From: a bacterium
Lineage (GTDB): Bacteria; Chloroflexota; Anaerolineae; Caldilineales; Caldilineaceae
DNA length: 64,000 nt
Reading direction: 5' to 3'
Assembly: GCA_016124945.1 (NCBI GenBank)
Contig: WGMT01000060.1
Location: 1,135 to 65,134, forward strand
The notes beneath the pieces were generated by a model. The model was not told the DNA's origin. It saw only the letters and a list, made by a program, of their open reading frames with translations, and did no database searches. The position numbers were made by a program, and so were the translations under genes. This document shows positions 1-10,840 of this stretch, one piece after another. Numbering within the stretch: position 1 is the first letter of the stretch; every line of letters begins with the position of its first letter.

Positions 1-42
1 CTGAATATCGATGTCATATGCAGCATTGGTGTTCATAAGTGC

Positions 43-2307
43 TTAGCGCTCAACAGGAGACTTATCTTGGACCATTGTCTTTGGCAAAGCTGAACTTTGC
101 TCCCAGTTACGGTGATGAGCAGATTTTTCGGACGACTTTTCTCTATCTACTGACTCCGTCCGTTGAAGGAGCTCGTCATCCAAATTCATCTCACTTCCTA
201 CAGTGACCTCTATCCACTCATTAGGCTTGACATCTTGGCTGGCCGGATATTTAATCCGAGGATGGTGAACCCCTTGAAGAACCTGTACAAAGGTGCGTTT
301 GATTGTCTGCACTTCTTGAAAAGTCAGTTCACTTTGAACCAATGAACCATCCAAAACGCGATCAGTCACAAGGCGGTTCACCATGTTTTCTAGCTCTTGC
401 CGAGTGGCTGGACGTTCGGCCCGCACGGCGGCTTCACAGATATCGGCCATCATCAAAATCGCAGCCTCTTTCGTCTGTGGATCAGGACCGGGGTAGCGAA
501 AATCAGCGATGTCTACCGTTTCGCCGTCAACGGCACTATTGGCTGCTTTTTGGTAGAAATATTGCATCACTTGTGCACCATGGTGCTGGTAGATGAAATC
601 ATGCAACACAGCCGGCAGGTGATACTTGCGGGCCAGATCGATACCGTCTTTCACATGGCTGATAATAATCTGAGCGCTTGTTTTGGCATCTAGATTGTCG
701 TGCGGCGACGAATCATCGGCGATATTTTCTGTAAAGAAGTAAGGACGTACGATCTTCCCAATATCATGGTAATACGCGCCCACGCGAATCAAGAAAGCAT
801 CTGCGCCAATCGCCTCTGCAGCACGTTCCGCTAAGTTGCTTACAAGAATTGTGTGGTGATAGGTGCCCGGCGCTTTTAACAAAAGTTGTCGCAAAAGGGG
901 ATGGGTCGGCCGGCTCAGTTCCATTAACTGCAAACTTGTAGTAATACCAAACAAATTGCCAAGCACAAAATAACCGATTAAGGCAATACTGGCCGATAAG
1001 CCACCGTTTAATACAGACACCGACAAAATCCGTAGCCATTGAGATGTCGTCGTTGCATCAAGCGGTTGTGTCCACAATGCTACGACCATGAGTATATTGC
1101 TCAAGATCACAACCATCCCTGCCCACAGAAAAGCAGTAAGCCTTTCCGCCTTTCCTACAACCAGGGAGCCCAACAATGCACCGGCGGCTACATAGAAGAT
1201 CAGCGGGACATTACCATTGCTAAGATAACCCACAAACAGGGCAAAAGGTAGAATCAAAGCAACTGACGCCTGAACGCCTAACAATAGTGCAGCCAGCATG
1301 GCCAGGGCCGCCAATGGGAAAAGGTATGGCAGCCAATCATGTGGCACGATCATCAGGCGCGCCAGTACCAAGCCGAGCGCACTCAGCAATAGAAAAAGCC
1401 CACTTTGCCGTCGGCATTTGAGAAGATTGGGCGACAGCCGATATATTGTGCCGACGACCAGCGTAATGAGGATAGCACTTAGCAAGAGTACCTGAACAAA
1501 GCGCCAGATGCTCCAGTCAACCTGGTTCAAACCCAGGTGTTGAAGTGCCTCAACATCTTCGGCCGTTGCAATGTCGCCAGCGCGTAGAATGATCTCACCC
1601 TGCTCAAGTGTTTGAGTCTGTACCGGCACCGAATCCCAGGCTTGCTGACGTAGTTCTTGAGTGCGGTCAGGATTCAAGAAGCTATTTGGGCGTACCAGCA
1701 CCCGCACGAGTTCATTGACAACATCACTCGCATCTTCGCCCAATTCAGGGTTGACCAAAACGGGAATCCGCCGCCGCGCCGCCGACAGTGAGTTCTCTTT
1801 TATGTCCTCACGCATAATCTGTTCAAGGACAAGCGGCACCTCCAATACAACTGTTGTCCAATCCTCATCAGAGAGATCCACAATTTGCTGGCTTACGGTG
1901 GAGGTCAGCTTCAAGTCTTCAATCGCCAGTAATGCATCAATCCGCCGACTTTCTGTAAGACCGGCATCTTTGCGTAATGCTGTGATGAGTTCGATAACCT
2001 CATAACTTCGGCTCACCTGCTGACGACGAATACGGCTCTGCGGCGGATCGTAGTAATCAGGAACAGCTTGAGAGGCTCGTTCACGAGCCCTTTGGGTGAG
2101 CATGGCGCTTTCATAGACAATGCGGCGGGGCGCAACAATGTTTTGGGATGCAACATCGCCGGCTTCGAGCTGTACCTGCCCAATAGGCAACGGCAATAGT
2201 AGCAACGTAACAAGCAGTGACCCACCCACTAAAATGACAAACGCGTGAAAATATGAAGGGATAGCAATTTGCCTACGTAGAGAACCGATGGCTGAAACAA
2301 TTTTCAT
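43..2307 (-). CDS. pgpH: 7TM-receptor/HD-domain membrane phosphohydrolase (PgpH/YqfF-like, putative cyclic-di-AMP phosphodiesterase)
   Basis: 754-aa ORF with an N-terminal TM helix, a large extracytoplasmic segment and a block of about 7 TM helices. C-terminal HD domain (HHTILVSNLAERAAE...YYHDIGK). This is the 7TMR-HD architecture. Confidence 0.8.
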   Translation of the reverse strand: MKIVSAIGSLRRQIAIPSYFHAFVILVGGSLLVTLLLLPLPIGQVQLEAGDVASQNIVAPRRIVYESAMLTQRARERASQAVPDYYDPPQSRIRRQQVSRSYEVIELITALRKDAGLTESRRIDALLAIEDLKLTSTVSQQIVDLSDEDWTTVVLEVPLVLEQIMREDIKENSLSAARRRIPVLVNPELGEDASDVVNELVRVLVRPNSFLNPDRTQELRQQAWDSVPVQTQTLEQGEIILRAGDIATAEDVEALQHLGLNQVDWSIWRFVQVLLLSAILITLVVGTIYRLSPNLLKCRRQSGLFLLLSALGLVLARLMIVPHDWLPYLFPLAALAMLAALLLGVQASVALILPFALFVGYLSNGNVPLIFYVAAGALLGSLVVGKAERLTAFLWAGMVVILSNILMVVALWTQPLDATTTSQWLRILSVSVLNGGLSASIALIGYFVLGNLFGITTSLQLMELSRPTHPLLRQLLLKAPGTYHHTILVSNLAERAAEAIGADAFLIRVGAYYHDIGKIVRPYFFTENIADDSSPHDNLDAKTSAQIIISHVKDGIDLARKYHLPAVLHDFIYQHHGAQVMQYFYQKAANSAVDGETVDIADFRYPGPDPQTKEAAILMMADICEAAVRAERPATRQELENMVNRLVTDRVLDGSLVQSELTFQEVQTIKRTFVQVLQGVHHPRIKYPASQDVKPNEWIEVTVGSEMNLDDELLQRTESVDREKSSEKSAHHRNWEQSSALPKTMVQDKSPVER

Positions 2308-2364
2308 TTAACAATCCGATCTGCGTGCCGAAACGACCGCGATCTTAGCCGTCGTGGCCTGTGC

Positions 2365-2823
2365 CTAGGCAGAAAGCAGACGGCGAACAACCAGGTTGAC
2401 ACTCCGCCCATCGGCTTGTCCACGGGTACGTTGGACGGCCACTGGCATCACCTTATTCAGATCTTGGACGGATGAAGCGCCTGTTTCTGCAATGATAGCG
2501 CGCACGATGACTTCGATTTCTGCCTCCGAAAGCTGGCGAGGTAGATATCGCTCCAAAACGGCCAGTTCAGCAGCTTCACTGGCAGCCAGATCAGGGCGAT
2601 TTCCCTTTTCGTATTCAACCATAGAATCGCGCCGTTGCTTGGCCGCCTTTAATAGAATCTGTTGTACTTCGGCCTCACTCAAGGCATGAGATGCATCCGT
2701 TTTTTGTGCTTCTACAATGGCGCTTTTTAGTGATCGCAGTGCCAATTTGGTGGTTTCATCTTTGTCGCGCATTGCTTGTTTTAAGTCTGCGTCAATTTGT
2801 GAGAGTAAGGATGTATCAGACAC
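2365..2823 (-). CDS. yqeY: GatB/YqeY-domain protein
   Basis: 152-aa ORF. The sequence LLSQIDADLKQAMRDKD..LALRSLKSAIVEAQK...LERYLP is typical of the YqeY family. Confidence 0.85.
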   Translation of the reverse strand: MSDTSLLSQIDADLKQAMRDKDETTKLALRSLKSAIVEAQKTDASHALSEAEVQQILLKAAKQRRDSMVEYEKGNRPDLAASEAAELAVLERYLPRQLSEAEIEVIVRAIIAETGASSVQDLNKVMPVAVQRTRGQADGRSVNLVVRRLLSA

Positions 2824-2862
2824 TTTGAACTCGTTTCTCGTTGGGTTGACAATCCAGTTTAG

Positions 2863-2900
2863 CAGGCAGACAGGTTTGACAGGCAGGTTTGACAGGCAGA
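2863..2900. repeat. Tandem repeat, 13-bp unit CAGGTTTGACAGG x2 (2871-2896) with partial flanking copies
   Basis: Read directly from the sequence. Lies in the spacer between the yqeY start and the TVP38-gene stop. Confidence 0.8.
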
Positions 2901-2984
2901 ACTGCCAACAACACTAAAGGTTTATTACAACTCGCCACCTATCCACTATATGACAGGAAGGGTCAAATGTCGATGGTGGTTAAC

Positions 2985-3776
2985 CTACATTTTTTTCTTT
3001 TGATCCGCCGTCTTTGCTAATCGAGTCTGGACATGCCGATCAAACCAGTTGACAATTGGATTTTGGTAGCGCCAAAGCCCACCAAACACTACGACCAAGA
3101 CCAGGATCAGCAACACAAGTTCCTGCCAACTCAGGCTTGTTGTTCCACTGGCCGCCGCAGTGATCAAAAAGATTGTCGGCACCCTGGTCACCAGAGTAAG
3201 TATGAGAATGCGCTGTACACTAACTTGTGAGAGTCCGGCCAAGAAATAAGGGATATCCCCCACCGGTGCCAGCAAGAGCAATCCCCACACCAACCAGCCG
3301 CGCCGATTTGTCATTTCATTCCAACGGTCAAGCCTGGAATCACCTACCATACGCACTACCCAGGGTCGCCCGAAGCGCCGAGACAGCAACATGGCTGTAG
3401 CTGCCCCCAGTAATGTCCCCAGAGTGCCGTAGATTCCACCCCAAACTGCCCCATATAGAAACCCTGCTGCCACAAAGAATGCGTAGGCAGGGATAGGAGC
3501 AACAACAATTTGCAGCGCGTTAAACAGGACAAGGATCGGTGGGCCGAACCAGCCAAGCCAGATCACGACATCTTCAATTGCTTCTTCATTTTGAGCAAAC
3601 GAAAAGACAATATTGGCAGCGTCCTGTAGCAGCGGCCAATACCGCGCCAGTAGCAAAAGCACAATGGCTCCGGCGACTATCCCCAAGAATAAGCGTGGGA
3701 CACTGCTGCGCGGCAGTTTTACATACTTCCATAACTGATTATGCAAAATAAGCTCCGCCGTCGGAAAAACAGGCAA
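2985..3776 (-). CDS. TVP38/TMEM64 (DedA-related, SNARE-associated) family membrane protein
   Basis: 263-aa polytopic ORF with the family motif VAPIPAYAFFVAAGFLYGAVWG. Confidence 0.7.
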   Translation of the reverse strand: MPVFPTAELILHNQLWKYVKLPRSSVPRLFLGIVAGAIVLLLLARYWPLLQDAANIVFSFAQNEEAIEDVVIWLGWFGPPILVLFNALQIVVAPIPAYAFFVAAGFLYGAVWGGIYGTLGTLLGAATAMLLSRRFGRPWVVRMVGDSRLDRWNEMTNRRGWLVWGLLLLAPVGDIPYFLAGLSQVSVQRILILTLVTRVPTIFLITAAASGTTSLSWQELVLLILVLVVVFGGLWRYQNPIVNWFDRHVQTRLAKTADQKKKM

Positions 3777-4026
3777 ATCATATGCAAGGTTGATCGGAGT
3801 ATAGTGTATCCCTCATTATAGAACGAGTAAGAGCACCGCTCCAACCAGGTAAACCGCATGGATGTCATTCAAGTTGAGGGTCAACAGTACCCCAAAAGCT
3901 GAAATACACCCCAACTGCATGACATTTGATCATCGCTAGCGTTTCCACTTCTTTACATCCATGTCACCCCTTCGATAGAATAAGCTCTTGCGAATGGTTC
4001 AATGTCGGTTCACGGTATCAATTCTA

Positions 4027-4076
4027 CGCAGATAGATAACGCAGATAGATAACGCAGATAGATAACGCAGATAGAT
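4027..4076. repeat. Tandem repeat, 13-bp unit CGCAGATAGATAA x3.8
   Basis: Three perfect copies plus a partial fourth. The array ends 23 nt upstream of the obg ATG, in the divergent spacer with the TVP38 gene. Confidence 0.9.
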
Positions 4077-4098
4077 GTAGACGATAGGACACTCATCC

Positions 4099-5382
4099 AT
4101 GTTTTTTGATCGAGCAAAGATACATATTGCAGCAGGCAACGGCGGCAACGGCGTAGTTGCCTTCCGCCGCGAGAAGTTTGTACCACGTGGCGGCCCTGCC
4201 GGTGGCAATGGGGGACGAGGGGGACACGTCTACTTTGTTGTGGATCCAAGCCTGAACACACTACAAGCTTACAAGAATCAGGTTCACCATCAAGCAGAAC
4301 GCGGCACACATGGTGGCGGATCCAACAAAACGGGGGCAACCGGCGACGATCTCCGCCTTGCCGTACCGCCAGGGACGCTAATTTACGATGCAGAGAATGG
4401 CGAGCTACTGGCCGACTTAACCGAAACGGGGCAGGAAGCCCTGGTTGCGCGTGGCGGTCGCGGCGGTCGCGGCAATGCTGCCTTCAAAACCCAGCGCAAC
4501 ACAGCACCCCGAATTGCCGAGAACGGCGAGCAGGGTGAAGCATTTTGGGTTGAGTTGGAGCTAAAAATTATTGCCGATGTCGGCATTGTCGGCATACCCA
4601 ACGCCGGGAAATCAACCTTGCTCAGTGTTATTACTGCGGCAAAGCCCAAAATTGCCGATTATCCCTTCACCACCCTCGTGCCAAACCTGGGTGTGGCCGA
4701 AGTGAACCACCGGCAGATCATCTTTGCCGATATTCCCGGCCTGCTCGAAGGTGCCCATGAAGGGGTGGGTTTGGGTTTGGAATTTCTGCGTCATGTAGAA
4801 CGCAGCCGCATCCTCGTGCATCTACTTAACGGCATCAGCCCTGATCCACTGGGCGACTTTGAAGCAATCAACCAGGAAATGCAGCTTTTCAATCCTATAC
4901 TGCGTGAACGCCCACAAATTGTTGTCCTCAACAAGATGGACGTACCTGAGGCGCGTTCAGTATGGCCGACCGTCCAGGCAGCAATGGAAGCGCGGGGAAT
5001 TCCGGCGATGGCCATCAGTGCAGTGACGGGTGAAAATGTCCAACAGATGCTCTACCGAGTGCAAGAGATGCTGGATGCGCTGCCGGTAGCCAAGCCGGAA
5101 CAGACGGAAGACCTGGTGGAAATCGAACCGACCATGGATGAAAAGGCCTTCTACCTACATCACCCAGAAGCGGATCTCTGGGTGGTAGAAGGAATCGCTA
5201 TCGAACGCGCTGTGCAAATGACAAACTGGAGCTACTACGAGGCCACCATGCGTTTTCAACGGATCTTACGGGCAATGGGTATCCTCGAAGCGCTACGCGA
5301 AGCAGGCGTACAAGAGGGTGACCGAGTCCAAATTGGCGATGTTGAGTTGATTTGGGGATACGACAACGCCCTAGATGATTAG
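4099..5382 (+). CDS. obg: GTPase Obg/CgtA
   Basis: 427-aa ORF with the N-terminal Gly-rich Obg fold ([42 protein letters not shown]). G1 motif GIPNAGKST and a C-terminal OCT-like extension. Confidence 0.95.
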   Translation: MFFDRAKIHIAAGNGGNGVVAFRREKFVPRGGPAGGNGGRGGHVYFVVDPSLNTLQAYKNQVHHQAERGTHGGGSNKTGATGDDLRLAVPPGTLIYDAENGELLADLTETGQEALVARGGRGGRGNAAFKTQRNTAPRIAENGEQGEAFWVELELKIIADVGIVGIPNAGKSTLLSVITAAKPKIADYPFTTLVPNLGVAEVNHRQIIFADIPGLLEGAHEGVGLGLEFLRHVERSRILVHLLNGISPDPLGDFEAINQEMQLFNPILRERPQIVVLNKMDVPEARSVWPTVQAAMEARGIPAMAISAVTGENVQQMLYRVQEMLDALPVAKPEQTEDLVEIEPTMDEKAFYLHHPEADLWVVEGIAIERAVQMTNWSYYEATMRFQRILRAMGILEALREAGVQEGDRVQIGDVELIWGYDNALDD

Positions 5383-5539
5383 ATTCTACTCTGGTTCTGC
5401 GCCGGTGTCGTCTGTTTAATCAGTAATCAGTGCATGATTTCGTTAGTATTTGGGCTCGTTAGCACATGGACACACCGGCGCATGCAAGATGGAAAGTGTA
5501 TCCCAAGCACACCCTACCCACCGATTGAGGAGAGAACAA

Positions 5540-6283
5540 GTGCACGACAACAGTGCGCCCAATCAAAACGCGAACACCTCACACCTCATTGCCGAAGACG
5601 GTCTCAGTGGCATGAATCCAGAACGAGGCTACCGCCGTATCGGCATTTTTGGCGGCACATTTGATCCAATTCACATAGGACACCTGATCCTGGCCGAAGA
5701 AGCCTGGTTTCAGCTCAATTTGGATCGGGTCTACCTTGTACCGGCAGGCGATCCACCGCACAAGCGAGACCAACGGCTAGCCCCGGTGGAACACAGGCTA
5801 CAAATGGCCCAACTTGCCACATCGGATAGTGACTACATCCGCGTTAGCCGTATCGACGCAGATCGCCCTGGCCCTCATTTCACAGCAGACATGGTACGCC
5901 TTGTACGTCAGCGAGTGGACGCTAAAGTTGAAGTCTATTTTCTGATGGGAATGGATAGCCTACGCGACCTACCCAACTGGCACGAAGCACGTTGGCTCGT
6001 CGATAACTGCCATCTTGTTGCCCTAAGCCGCCACGACGTTGTGATCGATTGGGATGCACTCAATCAGGCATTGCCGGGCATTCAAGAGCGCGTTATCATC
6101 CTTGATATGCCCGAACTGGAAATCGCCAGCAATATCATCCGCAAACGATGCAAACTAGGGCAGCCGATCCGCTACCAGGTGCCAAGGCTGGTTGAAGCAT
6201 ACATTCGTGAACAGAATCTTTATGGTGCAAACTCACAAACAGAACCGCGCACCGTCAGATCCATAACGCACGCCAATCAGTAG
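5540..6283 (+). CDS. nadD: Nicotinate-nucleotide adenylyltransferase
   Basis: Motif [15 protein letters not shown]. Position downstream of obg is classical. The ORF is open from 5450. I prefer GTG 5540, preceded by GAGGAG at 5527-5532. ATG 5612 is an alternative start. Confidence 0.85.
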   Translation: MHDNSAPNQNANTSHLIAEDGLSGMNPERGYRRIGIFGGTFDPIHIGHLILAEEAWFQLNLDRVYLVPAGDPPHKRDQRLAPVEHRLQMAQLATSDSDYIRVSRIDADRPGPHFTADMVRLVRQRVDAKVEVYFLMGMDSLRDLPNWHEARWLVDNCHLVALSRHDVVIDWDALNQALPGIQERVIILDMPELEIASNIIRKRCKLGQPIRYQVPRLVEAYIREQNLYGANSQTEPRTVRSITHANQ

Positions 6284-6303
6284 ATGACAAAAGCAATAAC
6301 CAC

Positions 6304-6342
6304 AAAAAAGGGATACCTCCACATCGGGAGATATCCCTTTTG
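6304..6342. terminator. Bidirectional intrinsic-terminator-like hairpin between convergent nadD and the S41 peptidase gene
   Basis: A-run, then a roughly 10-bp stem with one mismatch (GGGATACCTCC / GGGAGATATCCC), then TTTT. Confidence 0.6.
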
Positions 6343-6379
6343 AAATACTGAATATACGAAGATAGATAAGCGCTGCCGA

Positions 6380-7714
6380 CTAGCGGCTATCCTTACTTTC
6401 GGTGGTTGTTGCTGACTCCACTTTAGGAAGTGCACCGCCAATCGATTCCAACGCCCGCAGGAACTGTAAATCCTCTGAAATCAGTAATTCCTCCAGAGAA
6501 ACTTCTTCAAGCGCACCGGCGTCCATCAGCACTGTACTTGGTGTTTGCTCAACCACCACATCCGGCTCTACACCTTGCCCCTTGATCAGATTGCCTTCAG
6601 GCGTCAGCCAATTGGTCACACCGAGCAGAATGGCTGAACCATCGCTTAGATTAAACTGATTAAGGACAGTGCCGGTGCCAAAGGTGGTTTCGCCCACCAG
6701 GAGACCTCGACCATTCTCCTTGATCGCACCGGCGGTGATTTCGCCGGCACTGGCTGTGCCTTCGTTGATCAATACGACTACCGGGATATTCCGAGCATAG
6801 CCCCATCCCCGTGAACGGTAGACATTGGTGTTCTTATCGGCGTCAGACTCAATCAGGATTGTTGCGCCATTGGGCAGGAACTGGCTACCTACACGGATCG
6901 CCTCGCGCAGAAAACCACCAGGATTATTCCTTAGATCCAGGATCAGGCCACTAACCGGTTCGTCGTTGATCTCCATCTGGTTGATGGAGCGCAAGGCTGT
7001 TTCCAATTCCTCGCCGGTGTCGGCAGCAAACTGGCTGATCGACACGTAGGCGACTGTTGTGTCCGGCACAATTGCCCAACGCACACTGTCTAATTCGATT
7101 TTTTGACGAACAACGGTGATGTCTTCAGGCTCCCCGGCATCAACATGAAGAATGTTGAGAGTTACCTCTGTGTTGGCCGGGCCGCGGATCAGGCTGATTA
7201 CTTCGTTTAACGACATCCCTTCCACCGATTGTCCATCGACAGCCAAAACAATATCACCGGGTAGAATACCCGCCGATTCTGCCGGAGAGCCATCAATAGG
7301 CGCCACGATGGTTACCATACCGTCTTCCATTGAGACGTAGGCGCCGATGCCTTCAAATGCACCTTCAAGGCTACTCCGATGCATTTCCACCGACTCAGGC
7401 GACAAGAAGGTAGTGTGTCCCTCATCTCCAAGTGTCGCCAACATACCCTCAATGGCCCCGTAGGTCATACGCTGAAAATTAATCTCGTCTCGATCAACAA
7501 AGTTGTCAAGAACCAGATCCCACGCTTCCCAAAAGACACCAAATTCGCCCGGTTCATCAGCCGCTAGAAGCGAGCCGGAACGAGCGCCGGTCATATGCCC
7601 AAAGCCGAAAGAGCCGGTTATTAACAAAAGCACAGAAACGACCACAATCAGACGTCGCGCCATACGATTTAAACCCATTTTCATACTGGTTTCCTTCACC
7701 ATACTGTTGCTCAC
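6380..7714 (-). CDS. Carboxyl-terminal processing peptidase, family S41, with PDZ domain
   Basis: 444-aa ORF with a signal/TM segment and a PDZ domain (GILPGDIVLAVDGQSVEG...). S41 motifs NPGGFL and LINEGTASAGEI are present. Confidence 0.9.
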   Translation of the reverse strand: MSNSMVKETSMKMGLNRMARRLIVVVSVLLLITGSFGFGHMTGARSGSLLAADEPGEFGVFWEAWDLVLDNFVDRDEINFQRMTYGAIEGMLATLGDEGHTTFLSPESVEMHRSSLEGAFEGIGAYVSMEDGMVTIVAPIDGSPAESAGILPGDIVLAVDGQSVEGMSLNEVISLIRGPANTEVTLNILHVDAGEPEDITVVRQKIELDSVRWAIVPDTTVAYVSISQFAADTGEELETALRSINQMEINDEPVSGLILDLRNNPGGFLREAIRVGSQFLPNGATILIESDADKNTNVYRSRGWGYARNIPVVVLINEGTASAGEITAGAIKENGRGLLVGETTFGTGTVLNQFNLSDGSAILLGVTNWLTPEGNLIKGQGVEPDVVVEQTPSTVLMDAGALEEVSLEELLISEDLQFLRALESIGGALPKVESATTTESKDSR

Positions 7715-7753
7715 CTATTGGCGAGACGCACGATTTGCCACACTAAGAATTCC

Positions 7754-7787
7754 ATGTACGAATAAAGATGTACGAATAAAGATGTAC
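7754..7787. repeat. Tandem repeat, 14-bp unit ATGTACGAATAAAG x2.4
   Basis: Read directly. Lies about 40 nt upstream of the S41 peptidase start, in an AT-rich 660-bp spacer. Confidence 0.8.
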
Positions 7788-8178
7788 CAACGCGTAGGTT
7801 TACAGTATACAGATTTTTGATGAACTACTATGCATCCCTACACACAATTGCGAATGAAAGTCTCCCACCTGAAGCCTTACTGCAAATCGCATGCCAAGAC
7901 GGCAGGATACATCCTGCAGATGTTTTTGAATTTACACCATTTTGTAATGACAGGAGGGAAAAACCCTTACAGAAAGTAAGGTATCTTGATTTTTACTTAC
8001 AGACACAAAAACTATACAATCATAGAAACGTCCTGTTCGTAAACAGAAATGAATGTTCAAATAGTTCAATAAGACATCTTTTCATCAAACCATAGATTGA
8101 AACAATTTCGTCTACTTTTTTCACGGCCTTTGTCAAAGAAGAAGTGGCAGCTTGAAAGCTTCTAGATAGGAAAATGAC

Positions 8179-8207
8179 TTGCATCGCCATTTCTGTTGGT
8201 CTATAAT
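8179..8207 (+). promoter_or_regulatory. Sigma70-like promoter candidate (TTGCAT-17 nt-TATAAT)
   Basis: -35 TTGCAT at 8179-8184, a 17-nt spacer, and a perfect -10 TATAAT at 8202-8207. It sits about 170 nt upstream of the response-regulator ATG. Confidence 0.5.
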
Positions 8208-8375
8208 CTTACGTCGTAAGATCCATAACGATTTGTTTGCGCAAACAGCGTTGGTGACAAAGGTTTAAAGCGTTAAATCTGTTCGGCAACACGTTTCACT
8301 GCGGAAGTACCCACACATCGCTCCATCATCGTCCTTGTTAACAAGATGGTAGGCTACAGATAGGATAAAGGTGCC

Positions 8376-9122
8376 ATGACCGACAGCGCTCCTGTAACAG
8401 AAAAAACTCGCATTTTGGTCGTAGATGATGCTGCCGATACTCGGCTGCTGTTGAACTTACGGCTACAACGCGAAGGATATGAAGTCTTCACAGCCAGCAG
8501 CGGCGCCGAAGCGCTGGATGTCATTCAAAAAGAGGGGCTTCCTCACCTGGTGTTGCTAGACATTATGATGCCAGGCATGGACGGATTTGCAGTTGCCACC
8601 GAATTACGCCGCATGGGCGACATTTCGATTATCTTCCTCTCTGCGCTCTCCGACTCAGACACCAAGGTCGAAGGATTAAACCGCTTTGCAGAAGATTACG
8701 TCACCAAACCATTTGACTTTAGTGAACTCTCGGCACGTATTCGCCGTATTTTGCTACGTGTGGCCACCGATCACAATGCAGATCCCGAACAGGTGGTAGA
8801 CGAACGGCTACGTGTCAACTTTGCCCAACAGTATGCCATCCTCGACGACGAGCAAATTACGCTCACACCGACTGAAAACCGGCTGTTGCACATCCTCTTC
8901 AACAACCGAGGACGAGTCCTTTCGCCCGGTTTTCTGCTGGCAAAAGCGTGGGATCCTGTGCGACGGGGCACTGTGGAATCGCTCTGGGTACACATGCGCC
9001 GATTACGCAGTAAAATCGAACCAGACGCCGACAATCCGCGCTATGTCGTCACCGTGCGTGGGCAGGGGTACTGCCTCCCGCAACGCATTCAAACGCTTAA
9101 CGGTGATGAAGCGACAATCTGA
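8376..9122 (+). CDS. OmpR/PhoB-family two-component response regulator
   Basis: Receiver domain ([11 protein letters not shown]..., [15 protein letters not shown]) plus a C-terminal winged-helix domain ([12 protein letters not shown]...VVTVRGQGY). Confidence 0.9.
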   Translation: MTDSAPVTEKTRILVVDDAADTRLLLNLRLQREGYEVFTASSGAEALDVIQKEGLPHLVLLDIMMPGMDGFAVATELRRMGDISIIFLSALSDSDTKVEGLNRFAEDYVTKPFDFSELSARIRRILLRVATDHNADPEQVVDERLRVNFAQQYAILDDEQITLTPTENRLLHILFNNRGRVLSPGFLLAKAWDPVRRGTVESLWVHMRRLRSKIEPDADNPRYVVTVRGQGYCLPQRIQTLNGDEATI

Positions 9123-9160
9123 TTTCACAGGCTCTCTGAAATAACGCAGACATTATTGAG

Positions 9161-9194
9161 TACGTTCCGTTCGCAAGGGCGGAACGTATTTTTG
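9161..9194 (+). terminator. Intrinsic terminator after the response-regulator gene
   Basis: 9-bp stem TACGTTCCG / CGGAACGTA followed by TTTTT. Confidence 0.7.
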
Positions 9195-9232
9195 TGTCAT
9201 CTGCATACACATTTTTGCACCCAGGAGACACC

Positions 9233-9856
9233 ATGAACCTCGAACGCTTAAAACAGGCAGAAGAAGAGTTCCTCACAGAGTACCCCGGCGGTTTTGCACA
9301 CCCCCAAATGGACGCCATCGCCAGGAAACACAAGATGGACAAAATGATCGCTCTGGCCCAGGATGGATTTGCCCGCCAACACTTTAAGTCGCCGGCGTTG
9401 ATTGTCGAGAATATGGCAAAGGTTGTCAGCCGATCATCACTGGTGTCGGTCTTCGAGAAGCCCAAATTCAGGGATTTTGTTCAGATGCTCCCTATCGAAG
9501 ACAAAGACATCGTTGCCACTGGGTTGAAAGAGGTACTCTACGGCGACGAAGCACAAGGATTCGAGCAGATGCTCGCCATTTTTCAGAGTGGGAAGGTTGC
9601 CAGATGGCCACTGATGACCGTTTGCCAAACCTACTTTCGGCCAGACGTTGAGGTGTTCATCAAGCCGACGACGGTTAAAGGCGTGATCGAGACCTTCCAA
9701 CTGGAACATGTACACTACAAACCAACGCCGTCGTGGTCTTTCTACGCCGCGTACCGCTATGCGATCAACGAGATGAAAAGTTATGTTGATCCATCGCTCT
9801 CGCCGTCTAATGCGGCATTTTCAGGATTCCTGATGGTGAGCATGGGCCAGCGTTAA
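9233..9856 (+). CDS. Hypothetical cytoplasmic protein
   Basis: The ORF is open from 9194. ATG 9233 is preferred because AGGAG lies 6 nt upstream. I recognise no motif. Confidence 0.6.
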   Translation: MNLERLKQAEEEFLTEYPGGFAHPQMDAIARKHKMDKMIALAQDGFARQHFKSPALIVENMAKVVSRSSLVSVFEKPKFRDFVQMLPIEDKDIVATGLKEVLYGDEAQGFEQMLAIFQSGKVARWPLMTVCQTYFRPDVEVFIKPTTVKGVIETFQLEHVHYKPTPSWSFYAAYRYAINEMKSYVDPSLSPSNAAFSGFLMVSMGQR

Positions 9857-9977
9857 GCCTGCAAAGCAGGGTTGTCTCAAGAGACAAAGTTTGACAAACT
9901 ACGTTACCCGAATCCAGCCAAATGCGGTAGAATAGACATCCTTGCACAGCGTAGCACGTATCCCTTGCGATTACGCT

Positions 9978-10790
9978 ATGAACCCATTTGGCCTGCCCTT
10001 CCGCCCCCGACTCGACAGGCTGCGCCCGCTCTTTCAGGCCGCCTTTTCTGAACAAGTGACACTGGCTGGTTTGCGCCTTCATGTGCCAGGACCGCTGCCT
10101 ATCCGGCTGGGTGTGGTACTGGGGAACCTACGCATGCAGCACATCTTCGATCGCCTACTTCGCCCCGGGAATATTGTTGTTGATGTAGGTGCCAATACCG
10201 GCTACAACACCTTCTACGCCGCCCACTGTGTAGGACATACCGGGCGCGTCTACGCCGTTGAACCTGCACAAGACAACCTCGCTGTCCTCTACGAAGATCT
10301 CTTCGCAAATCGATTCTCCCACGTCCATGTATTGCCCTATGCCGCCGGCAGCCGAAAAGCGGTGCGCCCATTCTATTTACGTGGCAGCGTCAGTGCCGTC
10401 AACAGCCTTTTTCAAGAAAGCTTCTACGCCGATGTCACAGAAACGGTGGACGTATTCACCGCACGCCTGGACGATCTAATCCACGAGAAACCAGATCTGG
10501 TGAAGATCGACGTAGAAGGCGCAGAACTTGACGTGTTGCAGGGTATGTCGCGTATGCTCGAACAAGCGTCCACACAGCTAGTAGTGGAGTGGCACCCCAC
10601 CTTGCAAATGGCTGCCGGTCACCCACCAGATGCGCTGCCCCGATACCTGCTTGATCGCGGCTTTATACTACAAATAGTCACCCACACCAGCCGCAGGCCG
10701 CTTCATCCGGCAACCTTGCCGGCCATCACCCAAGCGCTGCTCGCCGCGCGACGTCCGGTGGAATTGCTCCACATCCCCAATTGCGCTTAA
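9978..10790 (+). CDS. FkbM-family SAM-dependent methyltransferase
   Basis: Motifs VVDVGANTGYNTFYAA...VYAVEP...VKIDVEGAELDVL. The ORF track opens at TTG 9942. ATG 9978 is the more likely start. Confidence 0.75.
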   Translation: MNPFGLPFRPRLDRLRPLFQAAFSEQVTLAGLRLHVPGPLPIRLGVVLGNLRMQHIFDRLLRPGNIVVDVGANTGYNTFYAAHCVGHTGRVYAVEPAQDNLAVLYEDLFANRFSHVHVLPYAAGSRKAVRPFYLRGSVSAVNSLFQESFYADVTETVDVFTARLDDLIHEKPDLVKIDVEGAELDVLQGMSRMLEQASTQLVVEWHPTLQMAAGHPPDALPRYLLDRGFILQIVTHTSRRPLHPATLPAITQALLAARRPVELLHIPNCA

Positions 10791-10840
10791 CCTCAGTTCT
10801 CTACCAAACTCAATTCGGGCCTATTGACATTTACCCCGGC

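Noticed and set aside
7817-8095. A 92-aa ORF in the AT-rich spacer between the S41 peptidase and the response regulator.
   Set aside because: It has no Shine-Dalgarno and its composition is typical of AT-rich non-coding DNA. The region more plausibly holds promoters, such as TTGCAT-17-TATAAT at 8179-8207.
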